This document shows, piece after piece, positions 33,453 to 43,058 of a DNA stretch of 64,000 nt. The stretch lies in the NCBI GenBank assembly GCA_013334825.1, contig JAAXWR010000001.1, forward strand, positions 203,769 to 267,768. The letters are read 5' to 3'. Both the position numbers and the translations under genes were made by a program. How positions within the stretch are numbered: the stretch's first letter is position 1; each line of letters begins with the position of its first letter. A model generated the notes under the pieces. That model did no database searches. It saw only the letters and a program-made list of their open reading frames with translations, and was not told the origin of the DNA. The DNA is from Candidatus Yonathbacteria bacterium (GTDB lineage Bacteria > Patescibacteriota > Minisyncoccia > Phycocordibacterales > JACNGX01).

Positions 33453-33870
33453 ATGTAGGAAATAGGTGAGAGGTGATAGGCACGAATGCTCGAATCAAGC
33501 GTGCCCTGCACCCTACATGGCGTGCTGTGCATCCTACGTGGTGCACAGTGCAGGGAATCACGAAGTACGAAGCAAGAATACGAAAGATGAATTAAGAAAT
33601 ATGAACGTAGGAAATAGGTGAGAGGTGATAGGTTATAGAGACGGACGAGATGAAAGGTTACGAAATACGAACTTGTACACCTGCCCCGTACCCTACGTGG
33701 CGTGCTGTGCATCCATGTGGCTTGCTGTGCATCCCACGTGGTGCACAGTGCAGGGTGCTGGGGAATCTACGAATGATATATAACACGTGTGGAAGAGACT
33801 TTTTATTCGTATATTCGTGCGTATTCGTTATTCGTAAGCACTCGTTATTCGTAAGCGTTCTCGTAACTCA
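33450..33870. repeat. Mosaic intergenic repeat with nested GCACCCTACGTGGTGC-type hairpins
   Basis: Direct duplication of GTAGGAAATAGGTGAGAGGTGATAGG and nested palindromes. Confidence 0.85.
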
Positions 33871-33937
33871 GTAACGTCTGTCATCCCGAACATGATGTTA
33901 GGTATGGGTCCGAAGACGCCACTCTGTATTGTGGTAT

Positions 33938-34045
33938 AAAAAAACATCCCCCCGGCTAAGCACCGGGAGGGATGAAAGTGCGAGGTCCCCCTCCTCGCAC
34001 TGAGCTCCGCGGGAGCGGAGCGATTCAAATTCGTACAATGTCTAC
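33938..34045 (-). ncRNA. Putative novel ~105-nt three-hairpin small RNA
   Basis: Promoter TTGACA-16-TATGAT at 34051-34078. Three GC-rich stems, the last followed by U7. Confidence 0.55.
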
Positions 34046-34132
34046 CCAGCATCATACACGAGCCAGTGGTGGTGTCAAGCGCACAAATGCTTGCATTCTT
34101 TTCGTGTCTCTGGTATGATATGCGTCATTGTA

Positions 34133-34354
34133 ATGTCGAAAGACGAAATACAAAAGGATCAGACAGTCATCGCCGTTGTGGACGAGTCTTTGCCGAATGC
34201 GGAATTCCGTATTGCCTTTGAAAACGGGGATACGGGCATTGCCTACCTTTCGGGAAAAATGCGGTTGCACCGCATCAAGGTGCTTGTCGGTGACAAAGTG
34301 CAAGTCGTCGTAGATCCGTACGGCGGTAAAGGACGCATTATGCGTCGTCTTTAA
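34133..34354 (+). CDS. infA: Translation initiation factor IF-1
   Basis: ESLPNAEFR...AYLSGKMRLHRIKVLVGDKV. Confidence 0.96.
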   Translation: MSKDEIQKDQTVIAVVDESLPNAEFRIAFENGDTGIAYLSGKMRLHRIKVLVGDKVQVVVDPYGGKGRIMRRL

Positions 34355-34378
34355 ACGGATATTCATCATTCATCATTT

Positions 34379-34492
34379 ATGAAGGTCAAATCCTCGGTCA
34401 AAAAAGTATGCGCAAAATGCAAATCGATCCGTCGCAAGGGTCGTATCTGTGTTGTGTGTGAAAATCCGCGCCACAAACAGCGCCAAGGCTAA
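34379..34492 (+). CDS. rpmJ: 50S ribosomal protein L36 (Zn-binding type); below the ORF-track cutoff
   Basis: Translates as [37 protein letters not shown]. Confidence 0.97.
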   Translation: MKVKSSVKKVCAKCKSIRRKGRICVVCENPRHKQRQG

Positions 34493-34533
34493 TATATTCA
34501 TCCTTTTCTTACTAACCTCCTCATTTACTATTT

Positions 34534-34911
34534 ATGCGTATCGCAGGTATCACTATCCCAGAGAATAAGCGTATCGAAATCGGACTTACCGCCGTGTATG
34601 GTATTGGTCGTCCGCTCGCACACGTCATTCTTGATGAAGCAAAAGTCGCCTACGACAAAAAACCAAAAGATATCACACCAGAACAAGAAAATATCATCCG
34701 TGAAATCGTTACTCGTCTTGCGACAGAAGGAGACTTGAAACGAGAAGTTGCGGGAAATATCAAACGTCTCAAGGATATCCAGTCGTATCGCGGAAGTCGT
34801 CACGCAAAAAGCCTTCCTTCACGTGGACAGCGCACCAAAACAAATGCGCGCACGCGTAAAGGTCCACGCAAGACGATGGGTTCCGGAAAGAAGAAGGTGG
34901 AAAAGAAGTAA
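34534..34911 (+). CDS. rpsM: 30S ribosomal protein S13
   Basis: MRIAG...YGIG...LPSRGQRTKTNAR. Confidence 0.98.
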   Translation: MRIAGITIPENKRIEIGLTAVYGIGRPLAHVILDEAKVAYDKKPKDITPEQENIIREIVTRLATEGDLKREVAGNIKRLKDIQSYRGSRHAKSLPSRGQRTKTNARTRKGPRKTMGSGKKKVEKK

Positions 34912-35024
34912 TCCTTGTATATTCCCGCTTTCCGTGGTACCATCCTGAAACCGTGCATATGAGATGCATGCAGACCACATTACCAGCATTTTTCATTCGA
35001 TACCCAGTATCATTTTAAGTTCCT

Positions 35025-35459
35025 ATGGGCAAGAAACGTGTAGCACAAAAGAAAGGCGCAGGCATGGACCAAGGACTTCGTTCTCGTTCATTGTCTCGTG
35101 TCCCCAAGAAAAAGGTCGCCACAGGTGTTCTTCATGTTGAGGCGACATACAACAATACGCGTTTGACACTTACCGATCAATCGGGCAAAGTGCTTGCGTG
35201 GTCATCGTCTGGTTCTCTCGGATTTAAGGGTGCCAAAAAGGGAACACCCTTTGCGGCAGCAAAAATCGGTGAAGTACTCGGTGAAAAAGCTGGCATCATG
35301 GGTATGCGTGAAGTGTCTGTTGTTGTGAAGGGTGTCGGTATGGGTCGTGAAGCAGGTATCCGCGCCTTTACAGCCAAAGGAATTGACATCACAACAATTT
35401 CCGACCGTACACCTGTTCCACACAATGGTCCGAAGCCCCGTAAACCTCGTCGCGTCTAA
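35025..35459 (+). CDS. rpsK: 30S ribosomal protein S11
   Basis: GFKGAKKGTPFAA and TPVPHNG. Confidence 0.98.
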   Translation: MGKKRVAQKKGAGMDQGLRSRSLSRVPKKKVATGVLHVEATYNNTRLTLTDQSGKVLAWSSSGSLGFKGAKKGTPFAAAKIGEVLGEKAGIMGMREVSVVVKGVGMGREAGIRAFTAKGIDITTISDRTPVPHNGPKPRKPRRV

Positions 35460-35485
35460 TCATTTTCTTATTATTACCACTCATT

Positions 35486-36115
35486 ATGTTGGATTCCAAG
35501 TGTAAAATCTGTCGTCGTGCAGGCGAAAAACTTTTCCTGAAAGGGGAGAAGTGCTACTCCGCAAAGTGTACGCTGAGCAAAAAGCCGTACCCACCGGGTC
35601 TTCTTCAATCTGAACGAAAGCACCGCTCAAACTTGACGGATTATGGACGTCAGATGAAAGAGAAGCAGAAAGCGCGCAATACGTACGGTCTTCGCGAGCG
35701 TCAGTTTTCGGGATACGTTGCTGAAGCGATGGAACGCACAGGAAGTCCGACGGAACTCCTCTATACATTCCTTGAATCACGTCTCGACAATACCGTGTTT
35801 CGTTCTGGATTTACATTGTCTCGTTCGCTTGCTCGCCAAATGGTTTCTCATGGTCATATCACGATCAACGGTCGCAAGATGGACATCCCGTCCTATCGTG
35901 TAAAGAAAGGCGATGTTATCGGTGTTCGTGAAGGAAGCAAAGGAAGTCCATTGTTTGCCGAACTTTCGGGAAAATTGGAAAAGCACACCGCCCCGACATG
36001 GATTGCCCTCGATGCCAAGAAATCCCAAGCGACAATTGTGGGTGTCCCCGCTGTTGTTGAAGCGACAGACGCGGGATTGGACTTGCAGGCCGTTATCGGA
36101 TATTACAGCCGATAA
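35486..36115 (+). CDS. rpsD: 30S ribosomal protein S4 (Zn-binding type)
   Basis: CKICRRAGEKLFLKGEKC, LESRLDN and ARQMVSHGHI. Confidence 0.98.
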   Translation: MLDSKCKICRRAGEKLFLKGEKCYSAKCTLSKKPYPPGLLQSERKHRSNLTDYGRQMKEKQKARNTYGLRERQFSGYVAEAMERTGSPTELLYTFLESRLDNTVFRSGFTLSRSLARQMVSHGHITINGRKMDIPSYRVKKGDVIGVREGSKGSPLFAELSGKLEKHTAPTWIALDAKKSQATIVGVPAVVEATDAGLDLQAVIGYYSR

Positions 36116-36315
36116 GGTCAGAGAAGCTTGAGAACGCTCGTTGCCCACAGGATATCGTTGCAGAAAAGTCCGTTTTATGTTATAAAGAAACGGCATATTT
36201 GCAAGCCGGACGCAACGCCTCCCCACAAGGGGGGGGGCGAGCGCACGTCTTTGTTTTTTATTATAGGCGCGGGCAATGACCCGGATAGTTTCATTATCCC
36301 TTTTATCATACGCAT

Positions 36316-37281
36316 ATGCTTGATCACAGCGTTGTACTTCCTTCCCAGCCACGAGTCGTCTCTGAAGATGCCGTCAAAGGTATCTACGAAATCGACGGGC
36401 TGTATATCGGATATGGCCATACGCTTGGCAACTCTCTTCGCCGTATCATTTTATCATCCATCCCTGGATGGGCTGTTACGTCGGTCAAGATAGACGGTGT
36501 TCCGCACGAGTTCTCTACGATTGATGGTGTCAAAGAAGACATCATCACACTCCTTCTCAATCTTAAACGCGTTCGTTTTGTTGCCGAAGGTAATGAAATG
36601 CAGACATTTACCTGTACGGTCAAAGGACCGAAAAAGGTTACCGCAGGAGACTTGAATGTTCCTGGTCAAGTACGTATTTTGAATCCAGAACAATATATTG
36701 CTGAAATTACCAGCAAAACAAATCTTGAAATGGAGATTACGCTTGAAAAAGGTTTGGGTTATGTCCCCAAGGAAGTACATCAACGTGGCAAGGTAGATAT
36801 TGGCACCATCGCGCTTGATGCATCCTTTACGCCGATTCGCCGTGCCAATTATGAAGTTGAAAACATGCGTGTCGGAGACAAGACGGATTACAACCGCCTT
36901 CGTATCGTTATCGAAACCGACGGTACACTCACTCCGCGTGAAGCACTTGAGTCATCCATTGACACCATGATTCGTCAGCTCAAGGCAGTTGTTGGTTTTA
37001 AAGAAGATGAACCAGAAGAAGAAGTTATTGTATCAAAGAAAGAAAAAGAAGTTGTTGCCGAAGAAGATACAGACACTGACGTACTCAAAACACGCATCGA
37101 GTCACTCGAAGAACTCTCTTCACGCACAGTCAATCTTCTTCTCAGTGCCAATATCCGCACTGTTGGTGGTCTTGTTCGCAAAAAGGGAGAAGACCTTCTG
37201 GACATCGAAGGACTTGGCGACAAGAGCGTGCAGGAAGTTCGTCGCGCACTTGGCAATTTTGGCTTGACGCTCAAGCAATAA
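36316..37281 (+). CDS. rpoA: RNA polymerase subunit alpha
   Basis: GYGHTLGNSLRRIILSSIPG, HEFSTIDGVKED and an alpha-CTD. Confidence 0.98.
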   Translation: MLDHSVVLPSQPRVVSEDAVKGIYEIDGLYIGYGHTLGNSLRRIILSSIPGWAVTSVKIDGVPHEFSTIDGVKEDIITLLLNLKRVRFVAEGNEMQTFTCTVKGPKKVTAGDLNVPGQVRILNPEQYIAEITSKTNLEMEITLEKGLGYVPKEVHQRGKVDIGTIALDASFTPIRRANYEVENMRVGDKTDYNRLRIVIETDGTLTPREALESSIDTMIRQLKAVVGFKEDEPEEEVIVSKKEKEVVAEEDTDTDVLKTRIESLEELSSRTVNLLLSANIRTVGGLVRKKGEDLLDIEGLGDKSVQEVRRALGNFGLTLKQ

Positions 37282-37317
37282 TCCGTACACTGTAAGGACC
37301 CACATTCATTCACTACT

Positions 37318-37668
37318 ATGAAGCACCACGACGCAAACAGAAAACTTGGACGTTCCCGCGACGGACGCCGCGCCCTTCTCAAGGGTCTTGCCGTATCGCT
37401 TATTCGCGATGGTAAAATCACCACAACTGAGGCGAAAGCCAAAGAACTCCGCCCGTTCGTGGAGAAGTTTATTACGCACGCCAAAAAGGGCGGTATGGTA
37501 TCGCGTCGTCTTCTTGTCGCGCGTCTTGGGTCTGAAATAGGAGCCGAGAAGCTTGTCAAAGATATTGCGCCACGCTATATGGACAGAGACGGCGGATATA
37601 CCCGTATCATCAAACTTGTCCCGCGCGCAAGTGATGCGAGCCCGATGGCAGTTATTGAATTTGTTTAA
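37318..37668 (+). CDS. rplQ: 50S ribosomal protein L17
   Basis: ITTTEAKAKELR and GGYTRIIK. Confidence 0.98.
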   Translation: MKHHDANRKLGRSRDGRRALLKGLAVSLIRDGKITTTEAKAKELRPFVEKFITHAKKGGMVSRRLLVARLGSEIGAEKLVKDIAPRYMDRDGGYTRIIKLVPRASDASPMAVIEFV

Positions 37669-37695
37669 TCGTTATTATTATTTAGGTACGCAATC

Positions 37696-38040
37696 ATGGA
37701 ACACACGATCGACGCACAAGGAAAGAGTATGGGACGAGTCGCCACTGAGGCGGCGAGCATTCTCATGGGTAAGAACACAACGTCTTTTGCCCGTCATATC
37801 GCGCCCGACGTAACCGTGCGTATCGTAAACGCGTCCAAAGCCGCTGTTTCCGACAAGAAAAAGGGTGAAAAGGTATACACACGATATTCCGGATACCCAG
37901 GTGGACTCAAAGGAGAAACCCTGGCGCATTTATTGGGACGCAAGGGATATGCTGAAGCATTTCGCCGAGCAATCAAGGGTATGCTTCCCAAGAACAAGTT
38001 GCAACCTCTGATGTTGAAACGTCTCACCGTTGAAGAGTAA
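37696..38040 (+). CDS. rplM: 50S ribosomal protein L13
   Basis: IDAQGKSMGRVA, YSGYPGGLK and GMLPKN. Confidence 0.97.
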   Translation: MEHTIDAQGKSMGRVATEAASILMGKNTTSFARHIAPDVTVRIVNASKAAVSDKKKGEKVYTRYSGYPGGLKGETLAHLLGRKGYAEAFRRAIKGMLPKNKLQPLMLKRLTVEE

Positions 38041-38126
38041 TCGGTTACGAAGTACGAACTCATACGAATACGTACTTCATTCATTTTTTTAATTTCCTAA
38101 TCTCCTAATATATTAATCTCCTTACT

Positions 38127-38534
38127 ATGTCCGCAACTGCAACCACAAAGAAATACATTGAAGCCGTTGGACGTCGCAAAACGGCGATTGCTCGTGTGCG
38201 TATCACCGAAGGGGGAAATGGTTTTGTCGTGAATGAACGAGCATTGGCTGAATATTTCCCGACCGAGTCACTTCAAAATACCGCACTTGAAGCGCTTACT
38301 GTGACAAATCAAAAAGGCACGTTTGGCGTTTCGGCAAAGGTTGTCGGTGGTGGTGTGAGCGCGCAAGCAGAAGCCATCCGTCACGCATTGGCACGTTCTC
38401 TTGTGAAGTATGATGAAGAGCTTCGCAAAGAATTGAAACCTGTTGGATTTATGAAGCGTGATCCACGCAGTGTGGAACGCAAAAAATTCGGACTCAAGAA
38501 AGCACGCCGTGCTTCCCAGTGGTCTAAACGCTAA
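38127..38534 (+). CDS. rpsI: 30S ribosomal protein S9
   Basis: GRRKTAIARV and ERKKFGLKKARRASQWSKR. Confidence 0.98.
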   Translation: MSATATTKKYIEAVGRRKTAIARVRITEGGNGFVVNERALAEYFPTESLQNTALEALTVTNQKGTFGVSAKVVGGGVSAQAEAIRHALARSLVKYDEELRKELKPVGFMKRDPRSVERKKFGLKKARRASQWSKR

Positions 38535-38538
38535 TTTC

Positions 38539-38584
38539 TATACAACACACAACACCACCTTCGGGTGGTGTTGTGTGTTGTATA
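38539..38584 (+). terminator. 21-bp perfect hairpin with TTCG loop ending the r-protein cluster
   Basis: TATACAACACACAACACCACC-TTCG-GGTGGTGTTGTGTGTTGTATA. Confidence 0.75.
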
Positions 38585-38756
38585 TATGGCACAGTGTATG
38601 TATTATCGCTTTTTCTCCAAAAGGTAAGTTTGGTGAGGGTGTGCGTCCTACATTCAAGCTTGAACTCGGGCGTAATGTATTGACTTTTTATGCTACATAT
38701 GCTATGATATACAGAGAGTAAAATATTCAAAAAAGAAAACATCAAAACATCAAAAA

Positions 38757-38930
38757 ATGAAAAAGATAATTGTTGTAAAACGGTCTAACGGTGGTTACTT
38801 TGCCTACGTGGCGAGTGACAATAACATCTTCGCCTCCGGCGTCTCTCCGTACGAGGCAGTGGGGGCGTTGGTCGACGCATACCCCACGATTTTCCAGGTT
38901 GAGGAGGTTGTACTCCCCGATGACCGTTAG
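38757..38930 (+). CDS. 57-aa orphan with HicB-N-like pattern; below the ORF-track cutoff
   Basis: MKKIIVVKRSNGGYFAYVASDNNIFASGVSPYEAVGAL... Promoter TTGACT-17-TATGAT at 38680-38708 and terminator AAAAGCGCCC..GGGCGCTTTT. Confidence 0.65.
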   Translation: MKKIIVVKRSNGGYFAYVASDNNIFASGVSPYEAVGALVDAYPTIFQVEEVVLPDDR

Positions 38931-39279
38931 TCAACCTTCTTTTGTACACAAAAGCGCCCCCAAGGGCGCTTTTACTTATGGTAGAAGCAAAAGACTGCCA
39001 CCATAAAACCCCACAGTGAAATTCGTCCGGCTCAAAAACTTATATAAAACTGAGGTTTTGTATAGTATAACGATACTATGGACATAATTATAGATATATG
39101 CTATAATATGTAAATATTATCTTGTCCTTTTTAATAAAATCAAAGCAATAACTTCTCGAGTTCCAACATGAGTAGCACAGTGGACGTTGCTGGAATGTTC
39201 AGTGTGCTGCCCATGTCGGGTATGCTCTGGTGCGGGGAACGCACATCATCACGCCGCAGGGCGTAAAACGGAGAATATT

Positions 39280-40005
39280 ATGGAAATCAAGATGCGTCGC
39301 AAGGGCGAAGTCATCACAAAAGACGGCTTTGAAAACCGTTCTGTTCCTACGGCTATTATGCCGCCGAATGGTCTGACCGGCATTGATCTTACCAGTTACT
39401 CTGTCATTTTCGCCACGTTTGGACGTGGTGGGTATGAAAAGGCAAAGGCGCTTCATGAAAAAGCTCCCGGAGCCATCGTCGTATACAAGTACGAGTGGCG
39501 CAACGGATGGGGCGAGGGAGTTCTCCTTCCCGAACGGTTCAATTCAAGCCGTGTACGCTTTTATAAGAGCGCCAAGCAGGCTCTTGCCGAAGAAAAGGAA
39601 GCCAAGAAAAATGCCATGGAGGCACTTCGGCGAGAGATAGCTGAGGCAATTCCGGGCATTATTGCACGGATGGCGTACACCAACGAAGCTGTGGAGATTC
39701 ATCCCAACCAGGAGGTGTACAGTAGTCGCAGTGCGTGGGTCGTATATGCGACTGCTCTTGAAGAAGCAAAAGAGGAGGTTGCAAAAATGCGCCCAATCTG
39801 GGAGGAGTGGAATGCGAGGGGACTTGAAGTATTCCATCGGCATTCCGAGAAAAAAAATCCTGGATATGGAAGTATTGCATTAATCATCGGAAACTCCGAG
39901 GACGAGGCCGAGATTAATGTCGATCACAACACCCAGGCGTGGGCGAGTCTCAGAAAAGAGGGAGAAAACTGGATTGAAGTTGGTTTTCGCGTACGTGGGT
40001 GTTGA
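39280..40005 (+). CDS. Orphan hypothetical protein with a long structured leader
   Basis: GGAG SD, promoter TGGACA-17-TATAAT at 39079-39107, and terminator at ~40017-40043. Confidence 0.8.
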   Translation: MEIKMRRKGEVITKDGFENRSVPTAIMPPNGLTGIDLTSYSVIFATFGRGGYEKAKALHEKAPGAIVVYKYEWRNGWGEGVLLPERFNSSRVRFYKSAKQALAEEKEAKKNAMEALRREIAEAIPGIIARMAYTNEAVEIHPNQEVYSSRSAWVVYATALEEAKEEVAKMRPIWEEWNARGLEVFHRHSEKKNPGYGSIALIIGNSEDEAEINVDHNTQAWASLRKEGENWIEVGFRVRGC

Positions 40006-40428
40006 TAATTGTAAATGGCGCCGGTTTCCCCGGCGCTTTTTTTATGCGTATTTCGCCCCCAAAACCCGTCTCGTAGGACTGAAGCGAAGGCTTCAAGAAC
40101 CATTGATTCGAATTAAGAATCAAGAATCATGAATTAAGAATGATGAAGTAAGGATGAGACGACGGCATCATGTGTTCATGGCTATAAGTATTTTGTTTGT
40201 ACGTATACTATTTTTATGCCCTTGTGGATACGCTTGTTTGATCCCAAGCCCTCATACTGTTAGAATGACTATATTAGGTTGTCTACTTTTTGTCTTATGA
40301 CTTTTACACAAAGAATGGAAAAAATACAAAAAGATTTCAATGTCAATGCAATTTATGCAAAGAATATTGTTTTGCGTATACAAGAGAAAAATGAGGAAAA
40401 TTTTTGGAAGCAAGTGAATATTGCAATA

Positions 40429-41268
40429 ATGCAAAAGCCAAAACCGTTTGTAAAATGGGTTGGTGGGAAACGTCAACTACTTAAACAATTTCGAGATATG
40501 GGCCTGTACCCTCCCGTTGAGTTTAATCCCGAGAAGAACAGATATTTTGAACCTTTTGTTGGAGGTGGTGCAGTTTTTTTTGATTTATTGCCACAAAAAG
40601 CATTTCTTTCTGACATGAACAGTGAACTCATTACAACATATAACGTTATAAAGAATGATGTTGAAAAACTTATTATGTCTCTCAAGAAACATAAACATGA
40701 AAAAGAATATTATTATTCAATACGTGAGAAGGATCCTAGTACAATGACCGATGTGGCAGTCGCTTCAAGATTTATTTATCTAAATAGAACTGGATTTAAT
40801 GGAATGTATCGCGTGAATAAGTCTGGGAAATACAATGTTCCTTTTGGGAAAAACAAGAACCCACTTATTTGTGATGAGACGAATCTAAGAAGAGTATCAG
40901 AAACATTGAAGCATGTGGAAATTGCAAGAGACGATTATAAAAATGTTTTGAAAAAAGCAAAAAAAGGAGATTTTATTTATTTTGATCCCCCATATCATCC
41001 AGTGAACAAAACCGCAGCTTTTACTTCGTATACCCCTGACGGTTTTAGGGAAAAAGAACAAATCGAGTTGAGAGATACTTTTTTGAAACTTCACAAAAGA
41101 GGCTGTTTTGTTATGCTTTCAAACTCAGACGCACCGTTTATTAACAAGATATATTCTGAGGTAAAGAATGATGGAATAGCGATTCATAAAGTTCAAGCAG
41201 GAAGGGCTATTAATTCAAAAGGGAACAGACGAGGAAAGATTTTTGAGGTTTTAATTACTAATTATTAA
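40429..41268 (+). CDS. Dam/DpnM-family DNA adenine methyltransferase (probably GATC)
   Basis: KWVGGKRQL, EPFVGGGAV, YLNRTGFNGMYR and DPPY. Confidence 0.95.
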   Translation: MQKPKPFVKWVGGKRQLLKQFRDMGLYPPVEFNPEKNRYFEPFVGGGAVFFDLLPQKAFLSDMNSELITTYNVIKNDVEKLIMSLKKHKHEKEYYYSIREKDPSTMTDVAVASRFIYLNRTGFNGMYRVNKSGKYNVPFGKNKNPLICDETNLRRVSETLKHVEIARDDYKNVLKKAKKGDFIYFDPPYHPVNKTAAFTSYTPDGFREKEQIELRDTFLKLHKRGCFVMLSNSDAPFINKIYSEVKNDGIAIHKVQAGRAINSKGNRRGKIFEVLITNY

Positions 41269-41281
41269 TCATCTAAAAATC

Positions 41282-43015
41282 ATGAATAATATAAAAAAAT
41301 TTATAGATACAAATCCCTACACGTATTCAACCCTTTGTGATAGATACAAAAGATTTTCTATGCCATTAAACCAGCGCCCTTACGCTTGGAAAATTTCAAA
41401 CATTTCCGAACTATGGAGTGCCATTCTTGAAAACGAAGAAGGTTATTTTGTAGGAAATCTCGTATGTCTAGATCCTTCCGATGAGAGTAATGGTACCCTG
41501 GTTGTTGTAGATGGCCAACAAAGGTTAACAACCATATCGCTTATACTTATTGCCATTAAAGATATTCTTATCGAATGCAATGATGGGACTAAAAAAACAA
41601 CCCAACTTATAAATTGGTTAACTAACAGTTTACTTTGGCAAGATCCCAAGACATACGAATATTTTCCAAGATTGATCCACAGTAAAGAAAATTTGCTTGA
41701 GGCGTATAAAAATATCTTAGAAAATGGAAACGAAATTCCAAAAAATATTGACGATAATCAAATGCGTTATTATTCGAATATTAGATATATAAAATCTCTC
41801 ATAAAGAAAGAAATTAAAGCAAAATCTGATGATCAGATTGAAAAGCTTATACAAAAGATTTTATCCCTACAGTTTATAGCGATTGTGGTAAATTCAGAAA
41901 ATGATATTTACGATTTGTTTGAAGGTTTAAACTCAACAGGGTTAGGTCTTTCCGTTGCTGATCTGTTAAAGAATTCAGTTCTAAAATTTGCCCGAAAAGG
42001 AAGAGCAAGAGAAGAAATAGAGGCGGATTGGATCCAAATGGAGTCATATTTTGAAGCAACAAAAACATCCCTGTTCCCTAAATTCCTAAGACATTACTAT
42101 ATTTCTGAGAATGGTCTTATTTCTTCTTCTCGACTTTTTAAAACTCTAAAGAAAGAAAAAATTGAGAATAAACAAACTCAAGAAGTTGTTGCGTTTGTGA
42201 AAGAGCTGTTGGAGAATGCGCAGATATATATGGGGTTAAGATTTGATGAATATGAAAGCAATCTTAACCTACTTGTTCGCGATAGGGAGAGTAAAAAGAT
42301 AATTAGAACTTTTGAATATGTAGGAAGTGTTGATCAAGTTTATGCGGTGTTGTTGGCTTTTTATAACAAAAAAAGGCATGACCCTGATTATAAACCGAGC
42401 TCTTTTAAGCGAGACATTCGTCAACTCCTTAAATTTGTTATATTGGCAAGATTTGTAAGTATCAACCCTTCGGAGTATGAAAAAATATTTGGTGATATGT
42501 GCGAAATATCCACAGAATATTCAGGGGTAAAATATGAAAAAGAGATAGGACAACATTTTAAGAAATTGTTTAATTTAGTTAATAAAAAAGATGAATTTGT
42601 GAGTAATTTCTCAAACGAAATAGAATATGGAAGAGATTCAAAACTCATAGAATATCTTTTGCAAGAAGTGATGCGAGAATATTCAAAAGAAGATCGCGGA
42701 ATAACAGTATTGAACCCAAATATCGAGCATATTTTACCAAGATCTCCAAAAAAATGGGGATTGGATAAAGAAGATATAGGTTCTTATGTTAATAAAATAG
42801 GCAATCTCACAATTCTTCATGATCTAGACAATAATGATGCCGGGAATGAAACTTTTGAAGAAAAGATGAAGAAAGTTTATTCTGTTTCGAAATTTAGATT
42901 TAATAATGATATAAGTAAATATGAAGAAGTTTTTGTCGAGAATCCTTCACTGGCAATTGAACAGAGAGGGAAAGATATTTCCACTTTTGTTTTTAGTTTT
43001 TTAAAGTCAATCTAG
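41282..43015 (+). CDS. DUF262 + DUF1524 protein (GmrSD-like type IV restriction)
   Basis: QRPYAW, DGQQRLTT, FEGLNSTG and the HNH-like EHILP...IGNLTIL...N. Confidence 0.92.
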   Translation: MNNIKKFIDTNPYTYSTLCDRYKRFSMPLNQRPYAWKISNISELWSAILENEEGYFVGNLVCLDPSDESNGTLVVVDGQQRLTTISLILIAIKDILIECNDGTKKTTQLINWLTNSLLWQDPKTYEYFPRLIHSKENLLEAYKNILENGNEIPKNIDDNQMRYYSNIRYIKSLIKKEIKAKSDDQIEKLIQKILSLQFIAIVVNSENDIYDLFEGLNSTGLGLSVADLLKNSVLKFARKGRAREEIEADWIQMESYFEATKTSLFPKFLRHYYISENGLISSSRLFKTLKKEKIENKQTQEVVAFVKELLENAQIYMGLRFDEYESNLNLLVRDRESKKIIRTFEYVGSVDQVYAVLLAFYNKKRHDPDYKPSSFKRDIRQLLKFVILARFVSINPSEYEKIFGDMCEISTEYSGVKYEKEIGQHFKKLFNLVNKKDEFVSNFSNEIEYGRDSKLIEYLLQEVMREYSKEDRGITVLNPNIEHILPRSPKKWGLDKEDIGSYVNKIGNLTILHDLDNNDAGNETFEEKMKKVYSVSKFRFNNDISKYEEVFVENPSLAIEQRGKDISTFVFSFLKSI

Positions 43016-43058
43016 TTCCTGGTTCTCAAATTTATTAACAACATATCACATTAACTCT

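Noticed and set aside
33938-34045. RNase P, SRP, 6S RNA or tRNA
   Set aside because: Too short for RNase P. It lacks the SRP domain IV motif, the 6S long bulged rod and the tRNA T-loop signature.
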